From the NCBI RefSeq assembly GCF_009914755.1, contig NC_060933.1: 64,000 nucleotides of DNA, one strand, 5' to 3'. The notes beneath the pieces are model-generated. The model had not been told where the DNA came from. It searched no databases and saw only the letters and a program-made list of their open reading frames with translations. Each line of letters begins with the position of its first letter. Position 1 is the stretch's first letter. This DNA is from the human T2T-CHM13v2.0 reference genome, Homo sapiens. Below, one piece after another: positions 28,880-43,531 of this stretch. Made by a program: the position numbers and the translations under genes.

Positions 28880-29567
28880 TTTTTTTAAATGTTTATTTTA
28901 GGTTCAAGGGTACATGTTCAGGTTTGTTATATAGGTAAACCCGCATCACAGGAGTTTGTTACATGGATAATTTCATCACCCTGGTTCTAAACCTAGTATG
29001 CTATAGTTATTTTTTCTACTTCTCTCTCTCCTCCCACCCTCCAACCCCTGAGAGACCCCACTGTCTGTTGTTCTCTTCTTTGTGTCCATGTGTTCTCATC
29101 ATTTATCTCCCATTTATAAGTGAGAACATGTGGTATTTGGTTTTCTGTTCCTGTGTGAATTTCCTAAAGATAATGGCCTCCAGCTCCATTCATGTTCCCA
29201 CAAAAGACATGATCTTGTTCTTTGTTATGGCTGAGTAATATTCCATAATATTTGGTAATATTCCAAATGTAACACATTTTCTTTATCCAATCTGTCATTG
29301 ATGGACATTTAGTTTGTTTCTGTGTCTTTGCTACTGTGAATAGTGCTGCAGTGAACATTTGCATGCATGTCGTGCATGCGTCTTTATGGTAGAACAATTT
29401 ATATTCCTCTGCATATATACCGAGTCATAAGACTGCTGGGTCAAATGCTATTTCTGTTTTTAGCCCTTTGAGGAATTGCTGTACTGCTTTCCACAATGGT
29501 TAAACTAATTTACACTCTCAGCAACAGTTTATAAGTGTTCCCTTTTCTCTGCAACCTCCCCAGCATC
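28880..29567 (-). mobile_element. 5'-truncated L1 3' end (L1PA13-16 type)
   Basis: GGGTACATGTTCAGGTTTGTTATATAGGTAAAC, ATAAGTGAGAACATGTGGTATTTGG; ORF2 C-terminal peptide at 29164-29397. Confidence 0.88.
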
Positions 29568-32086
29568 AAGTTATATATTTGAAGCATGAGATTTATCTAT
29601 TTTGCAATCCAGGAAATCATTGTAATTTTTCCTGAGTCTCTAAAGGAACGAGTAGCTCTGTCTTGCACACTAAGCATACATAAGGTTTGGGAGAATATGT
29701 AGTTCATAAGTTATGAAATCCCACAAAGTGCCTCAGGGAAAATAAAAGGCATTAAGAAGTACAAATATTCATGTGTTGTCTTTTTTATATTCAAATATAA
29801 CAGTGAGAAGACAACTATATTTTTTTCATGTGCATGTGAATAAACAAGTCCAGAATATGTCACCTTTTGGGATGTTTATAGAAAGACCATCCTTCAGGTT
29901 AGAGCTATTTCTCTTAGTCTGCAAGTCATCTTGATTCTTTGATCAAAATGAATCATGCCATTCTGGATGGCTGCAAGCTTGGTTGGCCTGCTGCTGCTGT
30001 TTCGTAGCATCATATAGCCATACTGCGTGTCACATGACAAGGTCATTGCCCAGGAAGTGTTGCTATCCTGCTCATCAGCACTGAAGCAGCACACATCTGC
30101 TGGCCTGAACCATGTAGAAAAGAGAGGATGTCACAATCAACTGCTGTGAGGCAGGCAGGAGTAGGGTGGCGTGTGAAAAGGAAAGACTACAAGACACAAG
30201 CAAATGGTTTGTCTTATCACTGGATATTAAGACAGCATCCTGTCAACACTGTCGAAACCCTCAACATGGTAGGATGAGAGTAATCAGTCCAATCCTTTGA
30301 GGTCAAGTATTTGGGGAAATATTTCCCCCACTTCTATTTTCTCAAAAATATTCTCATGTCTTCTTATTTAATGCAGGTTAAAATGTAACAGAGTATGTAG
30401 AATTAGAATAAAGTATAATCTCAGATTTTTCTTTGCCTTATAAAATAACTTAAATGCAAAATATCCCTTATGAAATAAATGTGTATGAGTCAACACATGA
30501 GTGCAAGGATGGGGTCTATCTTCAAGACAGGTAAGCTTCTTGTTTTCTAGGAGTTTGAATTGGAGTGTGTGGTGAGAGAGGGGAAGAAGAGGAAGAAACA
30601 CTGTTCAGAGAAAAACTGGTTTTTATTTAGGATGCTTAATGCGAACAGGTACATTATCAGCTTTAACATAATAATGAAAACAATCTGGCTTATTTACTTA
30701 CTTTCTGACAGCATTACTTTACCATATCAAATATTTTTCATCAAATGCCATCGATTTATTTAAACCCAGTCTATTTAATATTTTAAAAATCATCAGATAA
30801 TATAAGACAAGACTAAGCGGGAGAGGGGAAATTTTCATTCACCTTACATCAGGGAAGCACTAAAATATAACCATATATTTATATTTATTTATATAATAAA
30901 GTTTTTAATAGAGAAGGTTTGCAAACAATCTTATTCTCACCTTTATATTCTTTGTAAATATTGAGAAAACAGAAAACTAAAGTTGGAAATAGACAAAAAC
31001 TGAACTCATGATCTCCCATGTTGACCATAAATCTGTCTCCTTCTTCATTCAATATTTCAATGTTAAATATCAAGCACTCACAGCAAAGATTCATAGTTAA
31101 TTTTGTCCTCAGATTTAAAAAGAAATTCAATATGCACTCATACATGAGGTAGAAAAATTGATACATGTACTGATAAAAGTAAGATCAGTTCCAGTAGCTA
31201 GAACCTTTGTGAAACAGAAGATGAGAAAAAAATGAGACTCTAAGCATGGAAGAAGGTAAAGAATGCTAAAAATAAAAAAATAGCCTGCCTCAGATCAGAA
31301 CAGAAGCGCCAATTAAAAAGTGAAAATTTCAGCCAAATCATCAGTTTGAATGTGGAGTTTTTTTCTCTGTCAGAACGTATTTTGACATATTGCCAAATAA
31401 CTATGGGTTTTCTTCCCCCCTTAACTGAATTGACCAAGTTAGCTGCTTGCTTCAGTTTTACAAAATTTTAACCCAAGTTTGGAGAACATTTCAAAAATTG
31501 CAGGTGGATTGTTTCTACTGTCTGCTAAACAAATGTGTTGAACATCTTGTGATTTGTTCATCATGTACAGTATGAGTGTTCTTTTTCTTTTTGTCTTTAA
31601 TTGCTTCTTGAGCTAAATATAAAGCTAAGCTAGCCTGGCTATTGTTGCACAGTGTTATTATATCAGCTTAATAAATTAGTTTTTGGGTGGGAATCTGGGC
31701 AGAGATCCATGCGTGTTACTGTTTCTTGTTGTGTTTTGTTTTGTTTTCAATGTATTACCCCCAGTTCTGTTCCAGTTTGTCCTTTACCTGTCTTTGAAAT
31801 ATGCTGTCACTCAGAAAAGCTGGTTCCTTCTCTTGGCTCCTCTGCCTGTGCATATTCAGTTAAAAGGAAGCCACGGAATGGCTACATCCTGTTGCTAGCT
31901 AAAAGTTTTGGGGTTTTACATTTTGAACTACTCTAAGATTTACACCAGAGCAAAATTTAAAAAAAAAAAACAAAACAACAAACAAACAAAAAAAAAAACA
32001 ACCAGACATGCTACAGCCATCTATTCATGTAAAACAGGAAATGTATGTTGAATTACACAGAAATCTTTCCTAGGGATCTGAGTTGT

Positions 32087-32458
32087 TATATTAGTCTGTT
32101 CTCACATTGCTACTAAAGACTTACCTGAGACTGCGTAATTTCTAAATGGAAGAGGTTAAATTGACTCACAGTTTCACATGGCTGGGCAGGCCTCACAATC
32201 ATGGCTGAAGGCAAAGGGGAAGCAAAGGCATGTCTTACGTGGTGGCAGACAAGAGAGAGTAGGAGCCAAGTGAAAGGGGTTTCCCCTTGATAAAACCATC
32301 AGAGCTCATGGACTTATTCGCTATCACGAGAGCAGCATGGGAAAGGCCTGCCCCCATGATTCAATTACCTCCCACCAGCTATCACCAGCCACATGTGGGA
32401 ATTGTGGGAGCTACAACTCAAGATGAGATCTGAGTGGGGACAGAGTCAAACCATATCA
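32087..32458 (-). mobile_element. THE1B/C-like MaLR solo LTR
   Basis: TATTAGTCTGTTCTCAC start and CAAACCATATCA end; 5-bp TSD GTTGT/GTTGA. Confidence 0.9.
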
Positions 32459-32689
32459 GTTGACATTTCTTATTTAAAAACTAGGGGGGAATAATACAGT
32501 TGACTGTCCTTGATGTCATTTATAATTAGTCAATCAACAAACACATTTTTGAAGCTCTAGCAAGTGGAAAGTACCATGCTGGGCTTGAAGTGAAGGAGAC
32601 TGGCACATTTATCTTTGCCCACAGGACATTGCCAGGAAAAAGTATGGAAAGTAAGAGAGGGCTGAAGATTAATTTTCGTGCTCTAACAC

Positions 32690-32870
32690 CTTCACTTTTC
32701 TAGTAATATGACATTGGTAAAGTCACTTTTCCCTTTTAAACCTCAATTTCCTCATCCATAAATTAGAAAGCTTATTACCTCACAATGACTTTATGAGCAT
32801 CAATAAAATAATGCATGTGAAAGTGTTTTGAAAATGATACAACTCTTTTCTGATGAAAATTATTATTTTT
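32690..32870 (+). mobile_element. MIR SINE
   Basis: CCTCAATTTCCTCATCCATAAA core; ATAATGCATGTGAAAGTG. Confidence 0.65.
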
Positions 32871-32871
32871 A

Positions 32872-33078
32872 TTGACATCATAAGCCAGATAATTCTTCAT
32901 TGCAGGAGCAGTACTATGGATTATAAGATATTTAGCAGTACCACTGGCTCTACCCTGTAGATGCTAGTAGTAGCCCTGTCCCCTAGATTGTGACAACCAA
33001 AATGTCAAATTGCCAGATGTCCTCTAGCTGGGGGAGGGAGCTGGAAGGGCAGTGCTGTGTTCCTGCTTGAGAATATTG
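32872..33078. mobile_element. MER20 (hAT-Charlie)
   Basis: GCCAGATAATTCTT, TAGATGCTAGTAG, TTGTGACAACCAAAATGTC, TTGCCAGATGTCC. Confidence 0.78.
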
Positions 33079-33478
33079 ATACACATATAAATGTAAATAT
33101 ACACAGAGCAAGGATTGTAACACTTAAGGCCATAACACATTTAATATGTACAGATATCACTTTAACAATCAACATAATAAAGATTCACCAAAGAAGAGTA
33201 CATTTTTTGCACTGTGGTGCAAAGGGGGCCACTTAATTTCCTGAACAATCAATAGTGCCTTTGTCTGATGGAGGAGATAACTGGTCATATCTTCTTACTT
33301 TCTCCTACCAAGGTGGCCTCGCTAGAAAAAAAAAAAAAAGATTTCCTAAATGACAAAACAAGTTAAACACTAAATTCAATTTTTATTAGCTTTATAAAAA
33401 TATCTTTGAAATGGATAATACAGTGAAGTGGATCAAAACACCTATGGAGTGTTTGCATTAGAAGAACCATCTGGGTAG

Positions 33479-33780
33479 GGCCGGGCGCGGTGGCTCGCGC
33501 CTGTAATCCCAGCACTTTGGGAGGCCGAGGCGGGCGGATCACGAGGTCAGGAGATCGAGACCATCCTGGCTAACACGGTGAAACCCCATCTCTACTAAAA
33601 GTACAAAAAATTAGCCAGGTGTGGTGGCGGATGCCTGTAGTCCCAGCTACTCAGGAGGCTGAGGCAGGAGAATGGCATGAACTCGGGAGGCAGAGCTTGC
33701 AGTGAGCCAAGATCACGCCATTGCACTCCAACCTGGGCGACAGAGCAAGACTCCGTCTCAAAAAAAAAAAAAAAAAAAAA
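33479..33780 (+). mobile_element. AluY, older copy with CpG decay
   Basis: GGATCACGAGGTCAGGAGATCGAGACCATCCTGGCTAACACGG; TSD AACCATCTGGGTA at 33465-33477 and 33781-33793. Confidence 0.97.
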
Positions 33781-33849
33781 AACCATCTGGGTAAAGATAG
33801 TATAAAAGATAGTATGAAAGGAGGAGGAAAGAGCTGAAACCAAGTTTAA

Positions 33850-34250
33850 AAACCTTGGGCCAGACACTATTCTAAGCCTCAGTTTTCCCAATTGTAAGAA
33901 TAAAAAAAAAAATACAATCTTCGCAAAATATTGTGTAGATATGGATATGCAAAGCTCTCAGAAAAAGTGCCTGGAATGTTATATCAACCCAATAAATGTT
34001 ACCTTTGCTTTTTTAAAAGAACAATAGACATGTTTTATAGTTTTCTATAGTTTTTAAAATAACTCTATACAACTTATTTCATTTCACTCCGAGAAAACAA
34101 TTCGGTGATATAGATATGTTATTATTTCTGTTTTATAGATGAGGACACCAAAGCTGGAAGAAGCTCACTAATTTGGCCAAAGTCATAGAGATCATATAAA
34201 TCAGACAAAAGATTCAAACTGGTATCTTCTGGATCCAGTATCCATTAATT
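33850..34250. mobile_element. Two MIR fragments in opposite orientation
   Basis: CTAAGCCTCAGTTTTCCC core on +; TTTTATAGATGAGGACACC core on -. Confidence 0.6.
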
Positions 34251-36328
34251 TCTCCTGCTTCTGTCCTAAATCTGTGAGCACCCTAACCGTTTGCCTTCTC
34301 TAGGACTCAAGTTTTTCTATATAAAAATATAAAAATTAAACGTTATCAAATGTATTTTCTAACTCTAAAGAATCTTTCCATTTTCTCTACCTGATACTAT
34401 TCTAATGTACACCAAGGCCAGTGGTGAGATTACCACAAATGTTAGCCACTGGCATTTATTTAGAAACTAATTATAAGCAAAGTGCCAAGTGATTTTACAT
34501 TTATCTTATTATTTTTACCTAAGAATCTCTACCAAACAAAAAAGGGGTGCATTTAAACCTTTCTTTTTTAAGTTTGAGAGTCCTGGTGTGTTTCTGAAAA
34601 AAATAAAATTATCTTTGGTTCCAAATTCTATGAATTACAATTTTGAATTTTACCTCTGATCATTTCCTTCCATGAAAATGTGTTGGTTACTCAGGAGTTA
34701 AAAATCTCTCACTTTTGCAATCCAGACAATTTATGTATTTCTGGTTTAATGTGTGGCTATCTCAAGAGATCTAAGGTGCCATTAGTGAATGCAGAGCTAT
34801 TGCTGAGGAGATGCTAAATAAAATTAATGTCTTCAGATTTACTAACCCCAAACACAGCCACATTCCCTGGGCATGTGACGACGGAGAGGCTATGCATATG
34901 AGCCTAAAACCCTGGAGACCTCAGCCTTGTACTATAAAGAAGATCACAATTTAGTAACATCTGGTCTGTTTGTTAGGCTGAAAAAGGTAGAGAAGATGAA
35001 GGAAAGTGCTAAAATTAATTTGAGAAAGATGACACAGCAGTTGTGATTATTTCCTTGAAGCATTCTATCCCGACTTAGGCTTCTGATAGCTAAAAGAAGA
35101 ATAAACGCAGTGACTCTCCCAAACTTAGGCTATAAATGAAGGTAGAATCCTTTTTCCTGTAAGATCCATCTAGGAGTGGAAAGAAATACAAACAAGCTGC
35201 TATGGGAATCTCTAGTTATTCTTCCAAAGAAAAGTGATAAACTGCAGCTTACAATAGAGAAGCTCCAGAGAGCTTCCAATACTTTAACAAATTGCAACCC
35301 CCCTTTCCCTGGGACTGAGGAAAAAGTAGACAAACAAGGGGATCAGAGTGTAGATTTGTTCTCTACCACTTTCTCTCCAGGGAGACTCCTCAAACTCTGA
35401 AATTGATAGGTTCAAGACAAAGGATGCCCCGTCATGCCTCAGAGTCAGCATCCACCGCCCGACTGGTTTCTTCTGTCTCATTCTTTCTCCCCACCAGTGA
35501 CTCTGATGCTTCACTTCACACAGCTGTAGCCCTGCCCAGTTCACAAGCAACCTTCAACAGCCAGCACTCCCAAGCCTCATGATTTGCCAATAAGGAAGAA
35601 TGGGAATTTTAAAACAAAACAAAACAGAAAACACTGAATCATGCTTTCCAGATACAGGATATGGTATCTCAGCAAAGAGCTTTGCATAGGGAATGCCATT
35701 CATGCCTCACAGTCTATCTGACGCTGATCCCATATACCAGGTATAAACCATTGTCTAGAAAAAGGATCTGCTTCAAAATTCTTTATATCTTTTATCTGAG
35801 CCTCATTATTTTTTCTCAGGTGTGTCAGTTATACTGTTTAGCCCTCCATTCCTTTTCTACCCTAGCTTAATTCTGAGTATCCTCCATAGCTCTTGTCAAC
35901 TCTCCATTTCTGCATTAGATTCTCCCCTCTCTCTGTGACTTACTGGTTGGAGGTCCCATATCTGAAAAGGTGTTTCAAAGCCTAATATTATAGCCTAAAT
36001 TCATTAAGCATATGATACATGCCATGTGCGTTACATGTTGTTTTACATATTATATTTTTTCCTTACAATAACTGATAATGGATAAGTATTATTCTTCCCA
36101 TTTTCTAGATGAACAAATTAGAGCTGAGAAACATTAAGCACGTCACCACTATTATAAACCTTCTCTCCTCATCTTTAATAGATGCATTCTTCTGAAAGTC
36201 TCAAAATATTGAATGTAAGACAATGACCAAAATAGCTCATAAGATCACTGTGAATTTTAGCATTTGAGTGATGCTAACCCAACATATGGGGGGCAGCAAT
36301 ATGGCATCTAACACCCATGTCAGAGATG

Positions 36329-36423
36329 AAAACTTTTACAACTATTTTCTTGGTATAACTATTCACTTCACAACATGTAAAAAACTTTTACAACTATTTT
36401 CTTGGTATAACTATTCACTTCAC
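36329..36423 (+). repeat. Perfect 43-bp direct duplication with 9-nt spacer
   Basis: AAAACTTTTACAACTATTTTCTTGGTATAACTATTCACTTCAC at 36329-36371 and 36381-36423. Confidence 0.95.
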
Positions 36424-36617
36424 TTCCTCTGTTTATTACCATAACAACCCTCATCCCTTGCTAAGCAGGATTTCTTTTAAGAGAGGATGCAGAAGAGTGG
36501 AACTGTTGATGTTTATTCATAAAGGGGTCCTTCTGGTACAAGGCCCTGACATGTTATAATTCAATTAACATTGAAAGATTTCCAGATATACCTTATTTTT
36601 TCCAACGTCTATCATTA

Positions 36618-36978
<361 letters not shown>

Positions 36979-37019
36979 TGAAAGAAAGAAAAGAAAGAAA
37001 AGAAAGAAAGGAAAGAAAG

Positions 37020-37082
<63 letters not shown>

Positions 37083-37123
37083 GAAAGAAAGAAAGAAAGG
37101 TGGAAAGAAGGAAGGAAGGAAAG
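36979..37123 (+). repeat. (GAAA)n microsatellite derived from the Alu tail
   Basis: Long GAAA run grading into GGAA. Confidence 0.95.
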
Positions 37124-37247
37124 ATGAGCATCTAAGATACAGAACTTCAAAATAGAAATAAAAGGAAAAATAGCTCTACAATTTCTAACAGCCTGAGTGA
37201 CAGAACAAGACCCTGTCTCAACTAAATAAACAAATGAAAGACAGGAG

Positions 37248-37311
37248 GGAAGGAAGGAAGGAAGGAAGGAAGGAAGGAAGGAAGGAAGGAAGGAAGGAAG
37301 GAAGGAAGGAA
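37248..37311 (+). repeat. (GGAA)n microsatellite
   Basis: About 15-16 uninterrupted GGAA units. Confidence 0.95.
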
Positions 37312-37389
37312 ATTATAGCACCTAAGATGCAGTCCTAAATAAACATAAAAGGAAAAATAACCCTCCAATGTCTAATGCCTTTGCTGCAT

Positions 37390-38048
37390 CCCAGTTGTGC
37401 CCATATTTTTTCCTCCTTGACTGCTACTACCCAGTTCACGTCACCACTAAGCCTCCCCAGACCACTGGCATATCTTCCATTCTGGCACCCTTGCTTCCTA
37501 TCCTTCCCCTACAAGGCCTCCAAAGTGATGTTTGACAGACAAAAATCCAAATCATGTCATTCCCCTACGTACAATCTCCTTGAAAATTCCCAATATACTT
37601 CGAGGGCAATAAAGACTTTTTCCCCTGGCTTGCAAAGTGATCCTACTCCTACATCCTTTCCTCCAATTGTCCATTCTTTTACCTACACTGGTCTTTCTTC
37701 TACTGGCGAGCACCCTGTGTGAGGGCCTATATACAGCCTGTTCTCCATGCCTTGGATGTTTTTAATGTCAGCCCTCCTAGAGTCACTCCTTCTAGTTATT
37801 CAGATCTCAACTCACTCCATCCTTTTTAGAACAACATTCCCTGATGACCCGATTGATAAGAGACACCTGGTAACTCTATCACGTCACCCTATTTTAATTC
37901 TCTGCCTCGCATCTATCACTGTATAAAATGTGTTTTTCTCTCTTCTCTTACTGTGAGTGGGGGTTTTGTCTGTTTTTTTTTTCCCCCCAGTGCACGCCTG
38001 AAATGTAGTAGGAACTTAGGAAATAATTTTGAATAAATGAGTGAATGA
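37390..38048 (+). mobile_element. L2 LINE 3' fragment
   Basis: AAATCATGTCATTCCCCT motif; 3' end GTAGTAGGAACTT...TTTGAATAAATGAGTGAATGA. Confidence 0.65.
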
Positions 38049-38729
38049 TTCTCAGCCAGTAAGAGGCCGAAGATCTGGTGGGCTAAAAGGGAGGTCATCC
38101 ACACCTTGAATAAGTAAATGAAATACAATGAGGAAACCTATTGAGGGGTGGGGGGACTAAAACAAAAACACAAAAAAATCCTTAACTAGTTTAAGAATAA
38201 GGAAATAAGGCAAAAGGATTGCTTTCTAATGCCCTGCCTGACTTCCAAGTAAGAGAGCTGATAGGAAGCTCTTATTACAGTTCTCCAAATCTTGGATTGA
38301 AACTCTCCCTCATCTCCACCCCAGATCTTGCTATAATCCTGCCTGAGTTAGCAATAAACTTGAATATTAGACCACCCAGCTTCCTTGACCAAGCCCAGTT
38401 TTTGCTTCCAAGTTACTGTTCTTGTTATTATAACTTAACTTTAGGGAGGGGAGTTCCGAATCAGTCCTCTCCACCAATCCCAAGTTACTAAATTTCATAC
38501 ATAAAATCTGTACTTAATGTTTTTAATACAGAACCTACAGAATGTCAGCACCTCAAGTAATGTCATATAAATACTTTATCTGTCTGCCTTTCTGGCAGCC
38601 CTTCTGTACCCAGAATGAAGTGTTTCAAATGTCCTGAAGAATTCAGGGTCCCCTAGGACATGAACATCCTTAAGAACCAAATATTAATGGCCACATATTC
38701 CATGCTATTTTAATAAAATTTTTATTGTA

Positions 38730-39620
<891 letters not shown>

Positions 39621-39639
39621 ATATACCTATACACACAGG

Positions 39640-39797
39640 GGTGTATGTGTGTGTGCACCTGTGCGTGTGTGTGTGCATTGCAGAACATCTAGACAGGAGA
39701 AAGTGTGTAAAGAAAAATACTGAGTCTCTTCCTCCCTTCCTTGAAATCCAAATTCTACTTCGAATTGGAAATGCCTCTCTCTTGCTTTCTGTGTGTA

Positions 39798-39828
<31 letters not shown>

Positions 39829-39992
39829 CTCCTCTCTGTATACTTATTTGTATGTACATATATGTATATCTGTATAGATTATGCATAGCTGTAGATCTAG
39901 ATTTACATTTATAAATATGCATACCTATAGACCTAGATCTATAAATCCATATAGGTGTATCTATATGTTTGTGTGTGTGTGTATGTGTGTGC
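39640..39992. repeat. (GT)n and (TA/TAGA)-rich low-complexity region
   Basis: Several GT runs and degenerate TATAGATCTA units. Confidence 0.8.
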
Positions 39993-40379
39993 ACGCACGC
40001 CCAAATTTGGGCAACACAAATCACACTCTATTGTTATGTATGTTACCTTTTTCTTTTAACACGACCTCATGGTCATCTTCCTATATCAACAAAATCAAAT
40101 GTAATATTTTTATTTTTATAACAATTATATTCTAATATATGGAAAACATGTTTATTTAGAAGTGCCTGATGATAAGTATTTTGATTGTTTCTAGGTTTTC
40201 AATATTTTCCTTTATGTTTGTTTTTACCATTTTAAGTAAGGCTAGAGTGAATATTCTTGACATATATTTTTTGTCATACATGAATGAGTATTTTTGTAAA
40301 AACAATTGAAGAAAGGAATTATTGAGCAAAACGGTATATTCATTTTAAGTTGTTACAGGCATGGCTAAATTTCCCTCTA

Positions 40380-41281
40380 TATAATAAAAGAACAATTGAG
40401 ATATAGATAAGGAGAGCTTTATTCAAAATACTATTGTTTAGAGGGAGGTGGACTATCATACTATAGGAAGGGGACTATTGCAATAGAGGGAAGAGGTTAT
40501 TGCAGTGAAGAGAGGGGGGTGACTGCAGCAGAGGAAAGAGGACTACTGTAATAGAGAGAGGCACTATTGCTAAGAGAGGGTGAGTGACCACTGCAATACA
40601 GGGAGGGAACTATTGTGATAGAAGGAAGGGACTATTGCAGTAGAAGGAGGGGGACTATTTTAATATAGAGAGGGGCTACTGCAGTAGAGAGAGGCGACTA
40701 TTGTAATTGAGAAAGGGGAATTTGCAATAGAGGGAGAACTCAAGGACGCTGGGATCTGCAAGCATCTCAAAGGTCTGGCAAAGAAGAGCTACTTTTTCAT
40801 AGGGAGGAGAAAGCAAGGTAGTTAAAAACCAGGTGTTGGGGAGTGGGCTGAGCTAGTGGCATAATCTGACAGTTGATCAAGAAATGTTTTTCCCTGAAGT
40901 CAGCTGATTCTTGGGAGAGGACGTCAAGGAGGGTTGTTCTACATGGTCCGATGTTCATAGGTGGATCAAAATTCAGCTGACTGGGGAAAGAGGGAAGTCC
41001 AACTAAAGTTTAGTAAGGTTAAGGTAGGGGGCATTTTGCCCAGCTTGGTCAATGGGGACAAACAGTTCAGCCAGTCATTTGTGAGACAAAACCCAGAAAT
41101 CTGGAAGGTCCTGTCTCACTCTGTTATGGGTAAACGGGGTCATTCGTGAGTCTTATCTAAGTCACATGGGGAAGGATGGTTCTTTGCAGTAAGCCATTAA
41201 AAGAACACAAAAGAGTGGTGATGAGTGGTTTCTTAACTACTGATATTTTCTGGGACCACAAAGCTTAAGTAAACTTAAACA
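40380..41281 (-). mobile_element. ERV1 solo LTR (MER89-like, name tentative) inside an old L1M
   Basis: Ends AAGTAAACTTAAACA (TG start on - strand); GAGTCTTATCTAAGTCACATGGGGAAGG motif; TTTATT poly-A signal on - strand near 40420. Confidence 0.6.
40430..40737. repeat. Degenerate minisatellite, about 14 units of ~21-24 bp (ACTATTGCAATAG plus purine run)
   Basis: Units read by eye, e.g. GGGGACTATTGCAATAGAGGG and GGGACTATTGCAGTAGAAGG. Confidence 0.88.
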
Positions 41282-42472
41282 CCATCCCCTCTAACAAGGA
41301 TTGTATTGATTTTCTCTTCTCAGTAATTGTATCTATTAAATACACCCTAACCAATATCAATATTAAATAGATCTCTTTCTTTTCTTCCTAAGTTATATCA
41401 AGCTTCCTCTATGTGACTTATGGCATGGCATGGACAGTTCTGCTGTAGGTACTGTGACTCAGAAATAAAAACTATAAAGTGTGCAATCTTATGCGAAACT
41501 CGAACTCCTGAGGCTTCAGGAGGTCTCTCCCAACAAAAATGGTGTAAAAGCTACAAACATGGGGCTCTGAGATCCTCTGACTTTGTTAACTTTTTTCTCT
41601 ACTCAGGCTCCCTTGAGAAATGAACCAAGAGACAATCTCCCTAAGGAATATGGGTTGCTTGGGAACTTGTCTACTCAATTGTATTCTCATTTCATGCATA
41701 TCCACTTTAATTTCTTCTCTGCTGGACCAGTAAGATAGGAATACAGGTAACTTAAGCATGGAGTCATCCTAACCACTCTTTAAAATTGAACCAGACATTG
41801 AGGTCTAGCCTAGGTCCTGTGTGTGTCAGACACAGATTTTTTTTTTTCTGAGTTAACTATTTACAACTTTAAACTTTCTGTTTTAAATTTAAAATGTTTT
41901 TGTTTTTCTATTGCTTTTCATCTTTATTACTTTTTTATTTTTTAAATGCAACAAATTTGCCTTTTCTCCTCATATGTATTGAAAATAAATTTCCTGCAGC
42001 TTAACTTTTGCCCTTTAAATATCATATAATGGTGTTCTAAATTTTGGTAGACAATTTTTCAAGTTCTTTTCTTCATACTTTCTCAGTTTGAGATCATATT
42101 TATGAAAGTCTTTTCTGCTCTAATATTATAAAAATGTTCAAATATTTTCTTATAAATACTAAATTCATATAATTACATGATTTTTATATTTGTTAGAAAT
42201 CCATTGTTATCTTTACTGTAGTCATTTCTAGAGTGAACCCCAAGATTATTTTACCAAATTATTTACATTTTATTTTTCTATAGGTAGGAGCTGATGTTTT
42301 ATCATAGTTTGCTATCTTAGCTTCCTTCTTATTTCCCTAGTTTGATGAAATTATTTCTAAAATAAAGTTAAAAGAAGATGTTTCGGCCTCACTTTTTAAA
42401 AAATTTGTGTTGCCATTGCCACAATCCACAGCTGTTCAATCTTCCCCCAAAGGTTTCCTGGTGCTGTCACTT

Positions 42473-43531
<1,059 letters not shown>

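Noticed and set aside
39641-40135. Cys/Val/His/Thr-rich ORFs
   Set aside because: Translations of (GT)n/(CA)n low-complexity sequence
40430-40737. Repeat-spacer-like array resembling CRISPR
   Set aside because: Repeats are degenerate, spacers are short purine runs, there are no cas genes, and the context is a eukaryotic LTR
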